From Epithemia pelagica (lineage: Eukaryota > Protista > Bacillariophyta): 64,000 nt of DNA. The position numbers and the translations under genes were made by a program. Of this stretch, positions 1-13,189 are shown piece after piece (position 1 is the stretch's first letter; each line of letters opens with the position of its first letter). The notes under the pieces were generated by a model. That model was not told the origin of the DNA, did not search any database, and saw only the letters and a program-made list of their open reading frames with translations. The stretch is taken from assembly GCA_946965045.2 (NCBI GenBank), contig OX337228.1:3658001-3722000 (forward strand), read 5' to 3'.

Positions 1-3000
1 AATCACTGTCCAGCAATTCTACTTGCGGCATCGCTAAGAGAGGCCGCCGCTGCAAAACGTGAAGGAAGGCAGCCAAAGTTCACACTTTGTGTCTCTCAAG
101 GACAAGAAGAGGAAGTTCTGCTTGTAAAATGGAGGGGGCGGAGTTACATGCATTGCTCGTGGGAAAGAGCAAGCGACATTCAGCGCTTGGACACTTCGAA
201 CAATAGTACGGCGCGCAATAAGATCAGAAGGTACTATCAGGCACAAGAGACCGCTCTCGGGCCTAAGTGGAAGACAATGATACAGGCTCAAATTAGGCAA
301 GATGCGAATTCCGAGAGTGCAGAGGGAGAAGAGTACTTCCTTTTGCAATTTCTTGAAATAGAACGGATTCACGCATGCGACGAGACAGAAATGAATTTAG
401 ACGTGTTGGCAAAACAAAGGGGTCGGAATCTTTTGCGCGAGCAACAATCGTTGCAACGACGCGACGAGGCACAACAGGGAACAACCAACCCTAGCCACGA
501 AAACGCAATTGATCCTGCCCACACTCAATCCTTGAATCGGAATCCCGCAATCCCGGCCGTCTACGAATCTTTCAAGAAACTTCTTCTGGATCAAGGCAGC
601 ATTTTAGATGCCGTTTCACTTGGTCCTGACGATATTCCATGGGATCCAGAAGACAATGTGAGATATGTGGTTAAATGGAAGGGCCTACCATATGCCGAAA
701 TAACATGGGAATATTGGCGTGATATCAAACTCGATGCAGTCAACTTAGCGGAGGATTTCTGGTACCGTCAAAAAGCTCCAATAAACTTCCAAAACAAGCA
801 ACACCCTCATGTTCGTGATTTTAAGAAACTTCAGGAATCGCCAACCTTTGGGTTATCAGATCGAAGTAGACCCTCAATTGGCTTCGACGAGGCTGAAAAA
901 GATGAAGATGCGTTCAAAGGTTTCAAGTTGAGGGCTTATCAGCTTGAAGGCGTAAACTGGCTCCTATTCAACTGGTGGAATAAGAGGTCATGTATACTGG
1001 CGGTACGTAACCCGACTTTGTTTTCTTTTTACTTCTTTCTTGTCTCACGACGTTTTTCAAATTAAGGACGAGATGGGGTTAGGAAAAACTATACAGTCGA
1101 CAGCCTTTCTACGTGAACTCCAGACCAACACGAACACGAGCATCCGTGCTCCTTTCCTTATCGTGGCACCGCTCTCCCTAGCTGGGCAGTGGCAGTCAGA
1201 ATTAGCATCATGGGCGCCGGACATGAATGTTGTCCTGTACCATGGCTCAGCAGATGCTCGAGATTTTTTGGTTCAGAATGAATTTTATTTCCAAGAGCCA
1301 TTCGTTAACAAAAGCACAGCATCCAAATTGAAAAAACAACATGCAACCAAATTCAATGTGCTGATTACAACTTATGAAGTTGTTCTCAAAGACAGCTCCG
1401 TCCTTTCAAAAATAAAGTGGAGAGTGCTTATTGTGGACGAAGCTCATCGTTTAAAGAATCATAAATCTCGTCTCTTTGACGAGCTTGCGGCAGTACCTCG
1501 TGACCATTGTGTCCTCCTCACCGGAACTCCGATTGCAAATGCAACTGAAGAGTTGTGGGCACTTCTTCACTTTGCCAACCCCAATGTATTTTCAACTCGA
1601 GATGAATTCTTGTCAAAATTTGGTGAAATGACAGATGCTGATCAGGTCAACGAACTCCATGCCCTTCTTCGTCCGTATCTTCTTCGACGCGTTAAAGAGG
1701 ACGTCGAAAAATCATTGCCCCCCAAGGAAGAGACAATTCTTGAGGTCTCGCTTACACCGATCCAGAAGACATTTTACAAGGCCATATACGAGAGGAATAC
1801 ATCGTTTCTGTTCAAAGGGGCTAAAGTGAGCAACACACCAAGTTTGGCGAACGTCGCGATGGAGATTCGGAAATGTTGCAACCATCCTTTTCTTGTGCAA
1901 GGAGCCGAAGACAAGATTCTCTCGGATGCAGCAGCCAAACTTAAAGAGAAAGAAGGCACAGGGGGATCGGTGGATTATCTAAAATTGTTCGGTGAGCATC
2001 TCGTAAAATCGTCTGGGAAAATGGTCTTGATTGAGAAGCTTCTACAAAAGCTCTTCACGGGTGGTCATAAGGTTTTGATATTCAGTCAGATGGTGCGAGT
2101 ACTCGATTTGCTTGAAGAGTTGCTCAAATTGAAAAAGTATCGATATGAAAGACTAGATGGTTCAACTTCTTCTTCTTCTCGAGCTGCCAGGTCCGTATGT
2201 CATCACCCATCTCTTTTTCAGTTTCCATTTTCAGCTCACCTTTATTCTGCAGTGTGGATCGCTTTACCCGGAAATCATTCCAGCGTTTTGTAATGCTTCT
2301 CTCTACACGGGCAGGAGGATTGGGTCTTAACTTGGTTCGTGCACATTCGTTGTAGTATTTGTTGTCGGTTCGATGAACTCTCACACTCCTCTCTAGACTG
2401 CTGCTGATGTTGTAATAATTTTTGACAGTGACTGGAATCCTCAAAACGATCTGCAGGTAAGCAAGCTTGTTACTTTAACTGGAATCCGCGTTCCAATCTA
2501 ATTCGTATGGCATGCTTCTATCCCAGGCAATGGCACGCGCACATCGAATAGGACAAGAAAAACGAGTCATGGTGAGTAATCGGATCTCGTAAAATACGGA
2601 ATGGTCGAAATAGAGTGCTAACCATCTTATTTTCCGATTAGATCTACAGGGTGTTAACAGGTGAGATATCGAACGTATTACCTATGTTTTGATCAAATTC
2701 TGATCCTCGTTTTTCTTCCTTAGCCAAAACCTATGAGATGCATATGTTTCACAGTGCCAGCTTGAAACTCGGGCTGGAACGGGCGGTCCTGTCGCAGAGC
2801 CGGGAGGTGGGCGACGAGGAGGCGAACAAAAAGAAGGACCGAGAGGCTCAAGCTAAAGAAATTGATGAACTGCTGAAGAAGGGAGCGTATGATGTTTTCC
2901 GTGACGAGGATGACGAGGATGATGAAAAATTCATGGAGACGGACATTGATCAACTACTTGCTCATAATTCCAAGAAGGTGACCTACGGTACATCTGCTTC

Positions 3001-6000
3001 TTCTTCTCTGGGAAACTTCAGCAAGGCGAGTTTTGTTACAAATACAGAAGAGGGTGCCAAAGATGTGGATCTGGACGACCCTGATTTCTGGGAAAAGGCA
3101 GTAGGGCTCAATGCTCCTGTTGAAACTCCAGAAGAAGAACTTGCTATGTTGGACGATGGAGTTAAGCGCAACCGCAAACAAGTCCAAGTTTATGATCCGT
3201 ATGCTGAAACCGCGGAAGCGGAAATGCGCAAAAAAGAAAAGCTTGCCCTTGAAAAAGCGCTGGAAAAGGAAGAAAAGGAGAGACAGAGATTGGAGAAAAA
3301 GGCTAAAAAAGAGGCAGCGAAAGAGAAGAAAAAGAAAGAGCGAGAGGAGCAACAAAAGATAAAAGAGCAAAGTACAAAACAAGCTGTTAAAGATAAGGTG
3401 GTGAAGGAGGAGCTTCCGAAAAAGGCATCAACAGAGATAAAACCCATGAAAAAATCAAAGAAAAACGATCGTCAACGAGCCGAGAAACGGAAAGAGAACG
3501 AGAACCCTTCATTGGAGCAGTTGAAGCAGGCCTGGGAGCGCCAACACAGAAACCGAGCGTCCGCAGCATTCTTACGTTTCGGATTTCGATTTTGTAAAGT
3601 CCGTCATGAGTCTGGATTGGTTTCCCTTGTAAGTTTATCTTTCTTTCTTGTTGTCTTCTTTCATATTGTTCCTAACACTTCTTGAAGCCATTGCAAGACC
3701 TTGAAATTTTTTGCCGAGCATACATATACCAAATTTCCCTGCAGGTTGGCGTCTCGCTACTTTCAATGTTGCAAGATGACATTGCTGAAAGTGAATTAAG
3801 TAGGCTTATCCAGACTTGGTTGGGGGCAAGCAGTTGTCGAAATGAGCTCTGCTTCATCTTTGAGGCAATTTCTGTTGTGATGGAAATGCATGACCAAGTG
3901 GAGAGCTATCGCCGCTCTTTAAGGATGCCTGTCATCTTGGCAGAGCCAGTTTTCTCTCAAGAGCTACGGCGCGGTTGTGGCTTTAGAGCATTGAGACGCG
4001 TATGGGTCCTGTCACAGCTGAATTGTTTCATAGAAGGTATCCTTGACGAAATTTTGACCAGCCTCGGTCACGAGGAACTGGGTAAACGCGGTTGCGCGAA
4101 CGGCGATATCTCCTGCCTTGACGTTGATTTAAAGGCACGCTTTGTAACCAACGAGGAACTTGCTCTCTACATTGGAACTTGTCTCAGACACTTCGTTGGG
4201 ACTAAGCCTCCGGCGCTTTGGTGGGATCGAGAGTGCGACATCGGCCTTATCCTTGGGACGTTTATACATGGACTTGGAAACTACCGGTCAATGGGACACG
4301 ACCCGGACCTTTGTTTTCGAGGGAAGATAAAATCGTTCTCTGCGTCCTTCGGAGCTTGTAAGACGGGGGTTCAAAATTTTAACACAGCCTGCAAGGCCGC
4401 ACGGACCATATTTGACGATGCTCTTGAGGCAGGACGGATGAAAGCAGAGTTAGAGGTTCAGGCTGCCGTAGCAGCAGCCGCCAAAGCAGCGAAGGAACGA
4501 GAAGAAGATGCTGCGGTGCTTCGTGAAGGTGGAGAAGGCGTTGAAGCAGCGATAAAGAACATGCCAAAGACGCAAGTCGAAAATGCTTTCGAGTTTGATG
4601 GGACGGATTCGCACTTCGTTACGTTGGATCGGATGCAGAAGTTTGTTCGCAACTCTGTTGTTGTTTCCCAGTCTTCTAAAACGTTTATCGAAGGGAACGA
4701 TGTGACCGATGCGGTTGGGTTTCTCCCGATGCCGGATGCTCGTATTTTGGATCATCGATTGCTTTTGTTGCTTTCTCAAATCCTTGACGAACAGCCAAGT
4801 GACCCGAACCCAAGCGGTCTTGATGGGAACAAGTGGGATAGTGCTAGGGCTCGAAGTGAATTTTTCACTGCAACCATCGGAACTGGAGCTGATGAATGGA
4901 TCGGCGAATTCTCAGGAGCAGGTTTGGGCAGCTATCAATGTGGCACGACACATCGCACACTCAACGACGGTTCGGACTATTCCCATGGCTCTGCCTCTCA
5001 CGAGCTTGCCCATGTAGCGTATGGAACAGATGCTCCTCGTTATCTTCGTCAGTTAGGTGTACCAATGAATCTCACTCGCTATGCGGTCTGCGCACTCGTA
5101 AACGTGGATTCTTTGTCTGTCGAAGAGCTGTTGAAGGGTGAAAGTATGAAGTATTACGGGTGCGAAAAGGGGAGAAAGGATAGAGAACACGTAGATGAGG
5201 CAAATATCACTCCCACAGATGCCACCGGACAGAAGGTGATTCAGAGAGACGACAAGTTGTCACGTATTCCGGAACAGTTCAGGCAAAACGAGAAACTACG
5301 AACTGCTATTTGTATGTCAGTCCTGGTCTATGGTTACTCCTCGGATACATCTAGTTCGGTCCATTCCGACCTTTTGTCTCTGTTGGGGACATCTCTTGAC
5401 AGTACATTTTTCGATTTCCGTTCGATTGTCGCCAAGCATGTCGACCCGGAGGACATCCCAGACGAAGCGGCCACCAAAGCCTATGTCGAAAACGTCTTGA
5501 TTCCGCACTGTTTACAGTTGTGCCTATACGGGAACGGGCCTTTAATTCGTGACGCCCGTGGCAGTCAGGGAGAGTATGAGACAGCCTTAGGTGTTAGTCT
5601 GCATACTGAACCCAGTCGTCCACAGCTTACTCCCATCCCCGATCCTTGCCTTCCACTCCAGGAACACTCAACAGAAGCTGTTTGTCATGCAAGTGCCTTG
5701 CTGCGCCGAGTCAACTTATTGAGAGCTTGCCATTTCATTTGTCGGTGCAAAGACTTATCAGCCATGGTCGTGGAAAAATCGGCGCAACAGATTGGTGATC
5801 TCCAAGAGCTTCCTGTTTGGTGGTGCCCTTGGATCCATGACATTGCCCTGGTTGTGCATGCTGCTACGAACGGACTTTTTTCGATCATATCAACGAGGAA
5901 TAACCACCCCATATTCGCGAAAGGTCATGTTGAAGATTTTCTTCGGTCGGCGTTGCCACAACCTACAGACGGGTCTGTGCCTGGTTCCATTAATTCATCA

Positions 6001-6174
6001 CAAGATACCACTGACGAGTGGATCCGAGAGGAATGTGAAAAGTTTCCCCTCATGAATCAAATTGAACGACGGTTGTCATTCTTCTGTGACTTCGTGACTT
6101 CGAAAGCGACAGATAGCTCAGACCGTTATTGCAATCTTCCAATGTTTGACCACGGAGGATGGCCAAGACTCTGA
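1..6174 (+). CDS. CHD-family (CHD7/8/Kismet-like) chromodomain SNF2 helicase; 5' end lies outside the window; multi-exon
   Basis: Frame 1 is open from base 1. It has two chromodomain-like segments (LLVKWRGRSYMHCSWE; YVVKWKGLPYAEITWE). Intron 1003-1066 rebuilds ILADEMGLGKT. Also present: DEAH box, SGKMVLIEKLL, and LLSTRAGGLGLNL / [21 protein letters not shown] after further short GT-AG introns (2191-2252 and several between about 2335 and 2722). Intron 3629-3687 joins the 2738 and 3682 ORFs in frame; stop at 6174. Confidence 0.9.
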
Positions 6175-6317
6175 CTTTTCGAGAAATCCCATGCTTTGTC
6201 TGCTATTATGATATGTCAACAACCGGAGTTCGGCACTGTTTCACTGTCAAACTAAAAGGTCCTGTCGTTGGATCTTTTACACAAGATACTAACTACGCTT
6301 TCGGCACTCGGCACGTC

Positions 6318-8075
6318 TCATTGCTCCGATTTACGAATTTTATCAGTTGAAGCATTTCGATCCAACAAAGGTGGAAGCCAAAGATTATTTTGCTTTTGCT
6401 CTTCTTTCGCAGGCTCATTGATATGTAAAACCAAGTCGCACAGCGCTTCTATAAATGAATTTGGTCGACTTCTGGTGTGTATATTGCGCCAATCATCACA
6501 GGTCATTTCATGTACCAGCTTCGGGGTATCGATCGATCGAGGTTGTGTCATGTTCCCTTGAGTCGCCACTTCTTTCATCAACACATGACACCTGGCCGAC
6601 GAAGCCTCCTCGGAAGATTGGTCGTCAGGCATGGATAATATAGAGTGACTTGTCATCCCAACAGAAGCTGTCCGATCTGTCGAAGGGCTGATAGACAGTG
6701 CAGCGGGATGGGAGCGCAGATTTTTTGCATCCGCCGACTCAGAACACACCATATCATCCAACTCCATCAGTCTGCGTTTTCTGCATTGACTTTGAGTCGT
6801 CTCACGCACACACTTCATTGCCTTCCCACCAGATTTCTTCACGTCCGGTGTAATGACTCGAACGGTTGGAGTTGTGATTTTCGCGCCGTGAGGGGTAGAC
6901 GGGATCACAGATTTTCTGAAGAAGGATTGTCCATCCACGGCACAAGTATGTATCGTCTTGTCCTTTCCACCCCTCTCATGACTAGAAACCTTTCGTGTTA
7001 CTCCCTTTTGGACACAATTTCTCACAGGATCGTTTTGCACGAAGTTGCTTTTTGTTTCGTTGTTAATGCTGCTATCCATGCGATTGTCGTTTTGTAGTAT
7101 TGCGTCTGTGAATTGTAGGACGGGACCTCTGCCGCATCTGGAGGAACCGTCTCTTGGTAGCACGTTTTGTGCATCGTCGAAGACAAGTGTGCGAGCAGTA
7201 GGGTGCGATTTAACATTCAACTCATTGGAAGTCGAGTCCTGATGATCATCCTCGTCCTCGCTTTCCAGGAAATCGTTGTTTACATAATGGGAGCGACGAG
7301 TGGAAGGAAAGGCACCGAAGCCACGCCATCCGCCAATTGACGACTTTCTACTCTCATCGGCACTGTGCCAAATCAAAGAATCATTTTTAGGACCCTTGCT
7401 GTTGCTGAGCGAAGTAGCAGCTTCGTCTCGATTCCTCATTGATTCTAGTCGAAACTGAAACTGCATCCATATACCTGGTGGCATTTTGCTCATCATATTT
7501 GAAGAAGCGTCAGTGCCTAGTGACAAAGTTCCATCCGCAGCATTGAAGGTTTTAGCGTTTCGACTGTCTCGATTCATGTTGTGATCGAGGTTTTTTGGTC
7601 TAAAATGAATCAATTGACGATGTCTTGCAGTGATTTCTAAACGGCCCTTGTGGTTCACATGAACCATTGCCTTCGAAAGGGCAAGCACCCGACGAGCGTC
7701 TAGCGATGGCCGACAATGAATACATGCAGAGAACGTTTTTGAATCACTCGGAGCCGTTCTACGTGTCTGTAGATGTTGTCTTGATTGGCATCCATAGGAC
7801 GGACACCCCTTCCACCAAGCCTCTACGAAATGTCGACGGCCCAATGTTACAGGCAACGATACAGTCGTCCACTCGTTCGTAGATGTGGCTTCGTCATCGA
7901 ATGCAGGTCTCGATGACGAAATGTAAGAGTAGATTGGTCTGAAGCACAGCTGCTTTTGATAGGTGGACGATATCTTTCGATGCTTTCGAGGACGATGAAG
8001 CGACAGATTGTTGGAACGAAGTTTTGAAAGTTCCCTCCAATGTGAGATTTTCGCTCCACCCTCTCCTTCTGGCAT
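6318..8075 (-). CDS. Hypothetical protein, 585 aa; the N-terminal VTLGR...LS segment is weakly FHA-like
   Basis: Long ATG-initiated ORF, convergent with the CHD gene and divergent from the 8432 gene. The FHA resemblance is by eye only. Confidence 0.6.
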   Translation of the reverse strand: MPEGEGGAKISHWRELSKLRSNNLSLHRPRKHRKISSTYQKQLCFRPIYSYISSSRPAFDDEATSTNEWTTVSLPVTLGRRHFVEAWWKGCPSYGCQSRQHLQTRRTAPSDSKTFSACIHCRPSLDARRVLALSKAMVHVNHKGRLEITARHRQLIHFRPKNLDHNMNRDSRNAKTFNAADGTLSLGTDASSNMMSKMPPGIWMQFQFRLESMRNRDEAATSLSNSKGPKNDSLIWHSADESRKSSIGGWRGFGAFPSTRRSHYVNNDFLESEDEDDHQDSTSNELNVKSHPTARTLVFDDAQNVLPRDGSSRCGRGPVLQFTDAILQNDNRMDSSINNETKSNFVQNDPVRNCVQKGVTRKVSSHERGGKDKTIHTCAVDGQSFFRKSVIPSTPHGAKITTPTVRVITPDVKKSGGKAMKCVRETTQSQCRKRRLMELDDMVCSESADAKNLRSHPAALSISPSTDRTASVGMTSHSILSMPDDQSSEEASSARCHVLMKEVATQGNMTQPRSIDTPKLVHEMTCDDWRNIHTRSRPNSFIEALCDLVLHINEPAKEEQKQNNLWLPPLLDRNASTDKIRKSEQ

Positions 8076-8431
8076 TGCCGGAATTTGTTCCTCCTCAATT
8101 GAACAATTCTGCTAGTGACAGATCAGTTCTGGAGTCTTCCGACAAGAGATGCAAGGTACTCCTTTGTTGTCGTATGGTGAACACGAGCTTTTATTCCCTT
8201 CCAGAGCAACACCCACATCGACTGTCTGTGCGGATTGCGGATTCATCTGGTCAGGTGCCCTGCACAACTCCAGCCTGGGGTCCAATGCCACATTCAGTCA
8301 GTCGCTGATTTTCCCAGAGCGAGCTGGTCACAATTTGATCTGCGACCTGCGATGCGACAGCCTATGTCTGTCTGTATTCAAACGACGACTCCAAAAGACT
8401 CAGGTCCATTACGAGTGCTCATATACAAAAA

Positions 8432-10507
8432 GTGAGGACACAGACATATCTGAGAAGTGTAGTATCTTCAAAGAGAGAGGATTACGACGCAAAAATGCCA
8501 TCAACAGCGATTCTGCCTCACGGTGTTGCGCCTCAGAAACAACGACGGCTTCATCCGACACAATGGGCTCGTACGCCGTTCGAAACGTCGTCAGACATGT
8601 TCTTAACAAGCAGGTTTTGCTTGCTCGTCTTGGTGATCGCGATCCCTTCATTCTTATTGGGATCGACAATATCGCTCTATGCTGGAGTTGATTGCTCCCA
8701 TACGAAACATGGATCTGATCTCAACCGAAACAGTTTCACTGAAAGCAGTGGCAAGGACAAATCAACCGACGAACTGATCGAAAAACGAGTACAAGAACTC
8801 TTAAAGCAACGTGAAGAAGACCTTCTCTCCAAACATACCACATTGGTGAGAAAAATGGTGGAAGAACGTTTGAAAGAAGAATGCAATAATCCCTCCTCTT
8901 CCCGCGCGGGAGGTCGTATCATTGATTCTGATTCCGTCGGAAACATGGTCGCAGGCATAACGATGACTCCAAAATCAAATTTTACCGACTTTATTGATCT
9001 AGGAGTGCCTCTTGACAAACTTTCCCGCGGCTCCGACCATGTAATGGTCCTCTACAGCACGTACTATTCCATGCCCGACGAACTGAAACAATCAAATGGG
9101 GAACAGTCGTCCATCCCGAAGATGACGCACACGGATGCTCTTGAACACTGCGACTATTTGAATGTTTTGTTGTTAGACCATTCGAGGACGCGTAAACAGT
9201 GCTTGGCCCTGGTACCTCAATACGAGTCGTATCATCTTCAAAAATGGATGCGAGTTCCAGAAAAGCACAATGGACGACATGGAAAACTTGACTCGTCTCA
9301 ACCTCTTCGTTTGGTGTCCCGTGGACACAATGGGAACAAAGAAGATTTCCCACCACCCAGAAAAGAAGTAAGCCAACGGGCGTTTGAAATGATTCGAACT
9401 TATCTGAACTCTCTTGGCGATGTCGAGAATGAACTGAGAGAGCTGATCAAGAGCGACTTGAAACCATACAATGATAAAATCATCATTGTTATGGTCTGCA
9501 ACTTTGGACAGTCGGAACTCCTAATGAATTTCGCCTGTAATGCGAGAGCAAGAAATTTTGATCTCTCTGCGGTTTTGGTTTTTGCTGCAGATCGTGAAAC
9601 CGAAGAACTGGCGAAGTCACTTGGCCTTGCTGCCTATTATGACGAACGCGTACGTACAAATCTATGTTTAGTCTGTTCCTCTCTGACGTCGACCTCTTCG
9701 TTTCTAACGTTTCGAAATTTTCTCCGTACTTAGAATTTTGGGGACATACCATCTGAGGCAGCTCAACACTATGGTGATATGTACTTCTCGGCGATGATGG
9801 TTGCCAAGATTGTTTGCGTTCAGCTTATATCACATCTGGGCTACGACCTCTTGTTCCAAGATGTTGATATTATTTGGTACCAGCACCCTCTTAGTGACTA
9901 CTTTGCAAAGCCTGGTCATTGGAGCCTGAAATACGATACGATTTTTCAAGACGACGGTGGACACACTGTCAGATATACTCCCTATTCGGCGAACTCTGGC
10001 TTTTACTACGTCAGAAACAATTTGCGAACACGTAGTTTCCTCAATACCTTACTAATGTCCACTGACATGATAATGGAAACTGACAGTCACCAACAGGCAA
10101 TGATCGCTGTCCTCAACGAGCATGTCTCTCTCTATGGGCTTCGTGTGAAGGTTGTATCTCGAGATGAAGATGATATGCCAGGAGGTTTCCAGTGGAATAT
10201 GAAGTCTGGCAAATACATGAGGGCTTTTTTCAATGGGGAGATCAGACCGCTCATCTTCCACATGAGCTGGACAAACAACAAGGATAATAAGTTGAAATTC
10301 TTCCAACAAATGGGCGCTTGGCACGTGGAAGAAAGGTGTATTGCCAAGAAGAAGAAGGAAATTGGAGTTACTACGGTAGACGAAATGGTATCAACCTGTT
10401 GTTCGGCCGAGCCGATCTTCAAGTGCCACTACAATGACAAGCCTAGCATTCGCCCATGCAAGGACAGCCCTGCCATTGACAATGGGAAGCGGCCTTCGTT
10501 TTGGTAG
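8432..10507 (+). CDS. Nucleotide-diphospho-sugar transferase (GT77-like), type II membrane protein, 2 exons
   Basis: N-terminal TM segment (FCLLVLVIAIPSFLLG). Intron 9650-9733 joins in frame to NFGDIPSEAA. Motifs LLFQDVDIIW (DxD), FQDDG, ANSGFYYVR, HQQAM and IFHMSWT are typical of this family. The true start may be a downstream ATG (e.g. 8492). Confidence 0.8.
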
Positions 10508-10607
10508 CGCTAATTCCCTTTCTGGCTCCCAGTCAGATCCAACATCCAATCATGTTGAAAGAGTACTAGCAGTGCTTTTAGCACATGAAACAATAATCCT
10601 CTACCTC

Positions 10608-10621
10608 TACTCCTAGGAGTA
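10608..10621. promoter_or_regulatory. Perfect palindrome TACTCCTAGGAGTA, about 100 bp after the GT77 stop codon; one of a recurrent intergenic motif set
   Basis: Read directly. A second partial copy (GTCCTAGGAGTA) follows at once. Function is inferred only. Confidence 0.45.
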
Positions 10622-11739
10622 TGGAGTCCTAGGAGTAAATCCTAAAGTTCCCTAAACCATAAGCTATGTGCCCCTTCTACAATGCACGTTCGGGTTACAT
10701 GCGATCTTTGTGCGATCGGATAGTCATGGGTATCTTTCCCCACAAAAAAATGAGAGGACGACGTGAAGGAAGCGGCATGCGATGGTTTGCCTTTTGCCTT
10801 AGCATTGAGAACAAGAAACAATCATAGTTTGCAAGGTTCTGCCAAGAAGAGAAACGAGAAATAATGATGATGTGTCCTTTGTCATGATAATTACTTCTCT
10901 TGTACGAGTAAGGGCTGGGTAAGCCGATCCATGTTCGGCTAGGTAGGTTCAGTACATTAAGCTACGTAGTACTATTTTCATCACTGTAACAAGTGGGGCG
11001 GATGGTCACACCGAGTCTCAAATCGAAAACATGGCGCCACGAGAAACAATGCAATCCGGAAGCCACCATTAGACAATGGTCGAAGCCATCACCCCCATGG
11101 CAATAACTTCCTGGATAATTGGGCTTGACTGAATCACTTCTAGAATAAGACTCTTTACTACTAGATCAACTATGCTTTCAATTTGATTCAGTCACCGTTG
11201 AGAAATGATGAAGTTAGGAAGGTTTTTGGAATACATCACCAAAGAAAAATGAGTATACCTTTTGATCCAACGCGACAAATCTTCTGTAGCTGCAGAACGC
11301 AGTAATACTAGCAAACTCAAACAACTTACAGTAGTCGGATGTTGATGCGATGCATGAGTGAATGCATACGGCATCACCGGATCTCGCCGTCATCGTGGAG
11401 TGTTTTTGCATTTTTTCGGACTTCCCACCATTTCAGGTATGACGTGTACTATGGGATCTTATGTACAATACGTAGCTTTTGTACTGAACCTACCTAGCCG
11501 AACATTGATCGGCTTACCCAGCCCTTACTGCTGCAAGGATCTCTTTCCCAGACGAAAATACGGTATTCAAATCTGTGCACGATGTCACACCCAGGCTCAC
11601 GCGGATGAGGGCACATGTCTTCATGGTCACGAACCTCGAGTTCCTGTCCCTGCACCTTCCTCGTACGAATACCAATGTGTGATACTCGGACCTTGGAGAC
11701 CTTGTTCATGCTTCCTGCAACCTAAACGAGACCTCTTTC

Positions 11740-12849
11740 ATGGTGGGACGTATGCAAGTCAACAAGAAGATGATCATTTCCTTTCGTAAATCGCCCCAGG
11801 AGGATGACCATCTGAGTGTGGTCAACCACAAATCGGTTGTCGGAGCTACCCGGGCGTCTACATGGAAGGGCAGCGAGTCTTCTTCGATTAATTTGAAACA
11901 AACTATTGGGTTGATGATGGTGCTTTTCTGTGCTTTTAAGGTCGTCAATCTCATCGTTGAAGCTTCGCGTAGCGATTCAAGAAGTTCCAGTCTCCGTGAG
12001 GTGTATCACCCGCCACTGAGCGGTTCTCTTGGCGATACTGTGGTCACTCATGGTCTGACAGATGGAAGCATGGATCCCTGTGGAATCGAGTATTGGCTTT
12101 CTGAGCTTTCCAAAGGGGAGGGACTATTACAGGAGCTCCAAGCAGACGAAATCGGGGTAGTTCATATTACTTTTTCTATCAACGGCACGAACGATCATCG
12201 GGCGAACGATCTTAAAGATGGAACACACAATCGAGATAACGAGACGAACTATTCCGTTTCATGTTTGAAGACAGTTCTTCCAGAAATCAATTATCTCAAT
12301 GTAAACCTTGGAGATTTCTCGAGCTACCACGAGGGACTGATTGCGCAACATTCTATGCTTGCCAAACGCCCAACTTTCCCTGGAACATTTGTCATTGACA
12401 CAGATGTTTATGCCAATCCGCAAAGCAACATAAATCTCAACACGCTTTCGCGCTCGTTAAAGAATGTCGACTTTGCCTTTGTGTACAACCCGAACCGTGG
12501 TAGTTTCAAGCCCGATCGTGCACATTTTCAATCTGGTGGAATCCAGGGTGGCTTTATTGGACAACGAAACAATGTACGAACAAGACTCTTCAATTCTTGT
12601 GTGGCTGATACATTGCGAAAGAGTCCCTCTATCCGCCAACAAAATGCTATTAACCGAGTCCTGGAGTCTCCGGTTGGTCAGTTTGTTCGAGTCCGCTGGT
12701 TGCCGCCCGAATATCACTGTTGGTCTCCGAATTTAGAACGCTTGTCGGACTTTGTTGTGTCTAACGGACCGCGCGTCTCTGAAGATCCATGTTTCTTTGT
12801 TCACTCGCATAGTCTCCCAATGAAGGGTGGACTTGATGGTGTGTGTTGA
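11740..12849 (+). CDS. Putative glycosyltransferase-like type II membrane protein
   Basis: 369-aa ORF with one TM segment (TIGLMMVLFCAF), FVIDTDVY (DxD), GGIQGGFIG, QQNAINRVL and WLPPEYHC, which together resemble a GT-A fold. Confidence 0.55.
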   Translation: MVGRMQVNKKMIISFRKSPQEDDHLSVVNHKSVVGATRASTWKGSESSSINLKQTIGLMMVLFCAFKVVNLIVEASRSDSRSSSLREVYHPPLSGSLGDTVVTHGLTDGSMDPCGIEYWLSELSKGEGLLQELQADEIGVVHITFSINGTNDHRANDLKDGTHNRDNETNYSVSCLKTVLPEINYLNVNLGDFSSYHEGLIAQHSMLAKRPTFPGTFVIDTDVYANPQSNINLNTLSRSLKNVDFAFVYNPNRGSFKPDRAHFQSGGIQGGFIGQRNNVRTRLFNSCVADTLRKSPSIRQQNAINRVLESPVGQFVRVRWLPPEYHCWSPNLERLSDFVVSNGPRVSEDPCFFVHSHSLPMKGGLDGVC

Positions 12850-13189
12850 ATCCACTGAGAGACAAAGAACTTCTTCTATTGTAAGCAAACACCATCACAT
12901 TCACTCAGATTCGATTCATCCATAGGAGTGCAACCAGTATAGAGTATATTCCTAGAGAGGCCTCTTCCTCTACCTAGGAGCTAGATCGTGATCTTGGTAG
13001 GGGAGTCAAATTTTTTGCAGTCGTGGGCTCTGAACCAGTCACACTACTTTTGCATGGTTTTGTTGGCAGGAGATCAAACGTCAGACGCGCAGACGATACA
13101 ATGCACTTTTCCTCATTCTACGATTCTACGGTTCTGCTTGCATCCTTTTTGGTGTCTTTGATCTTAATGCAGCAACCAACTTCCTAACA

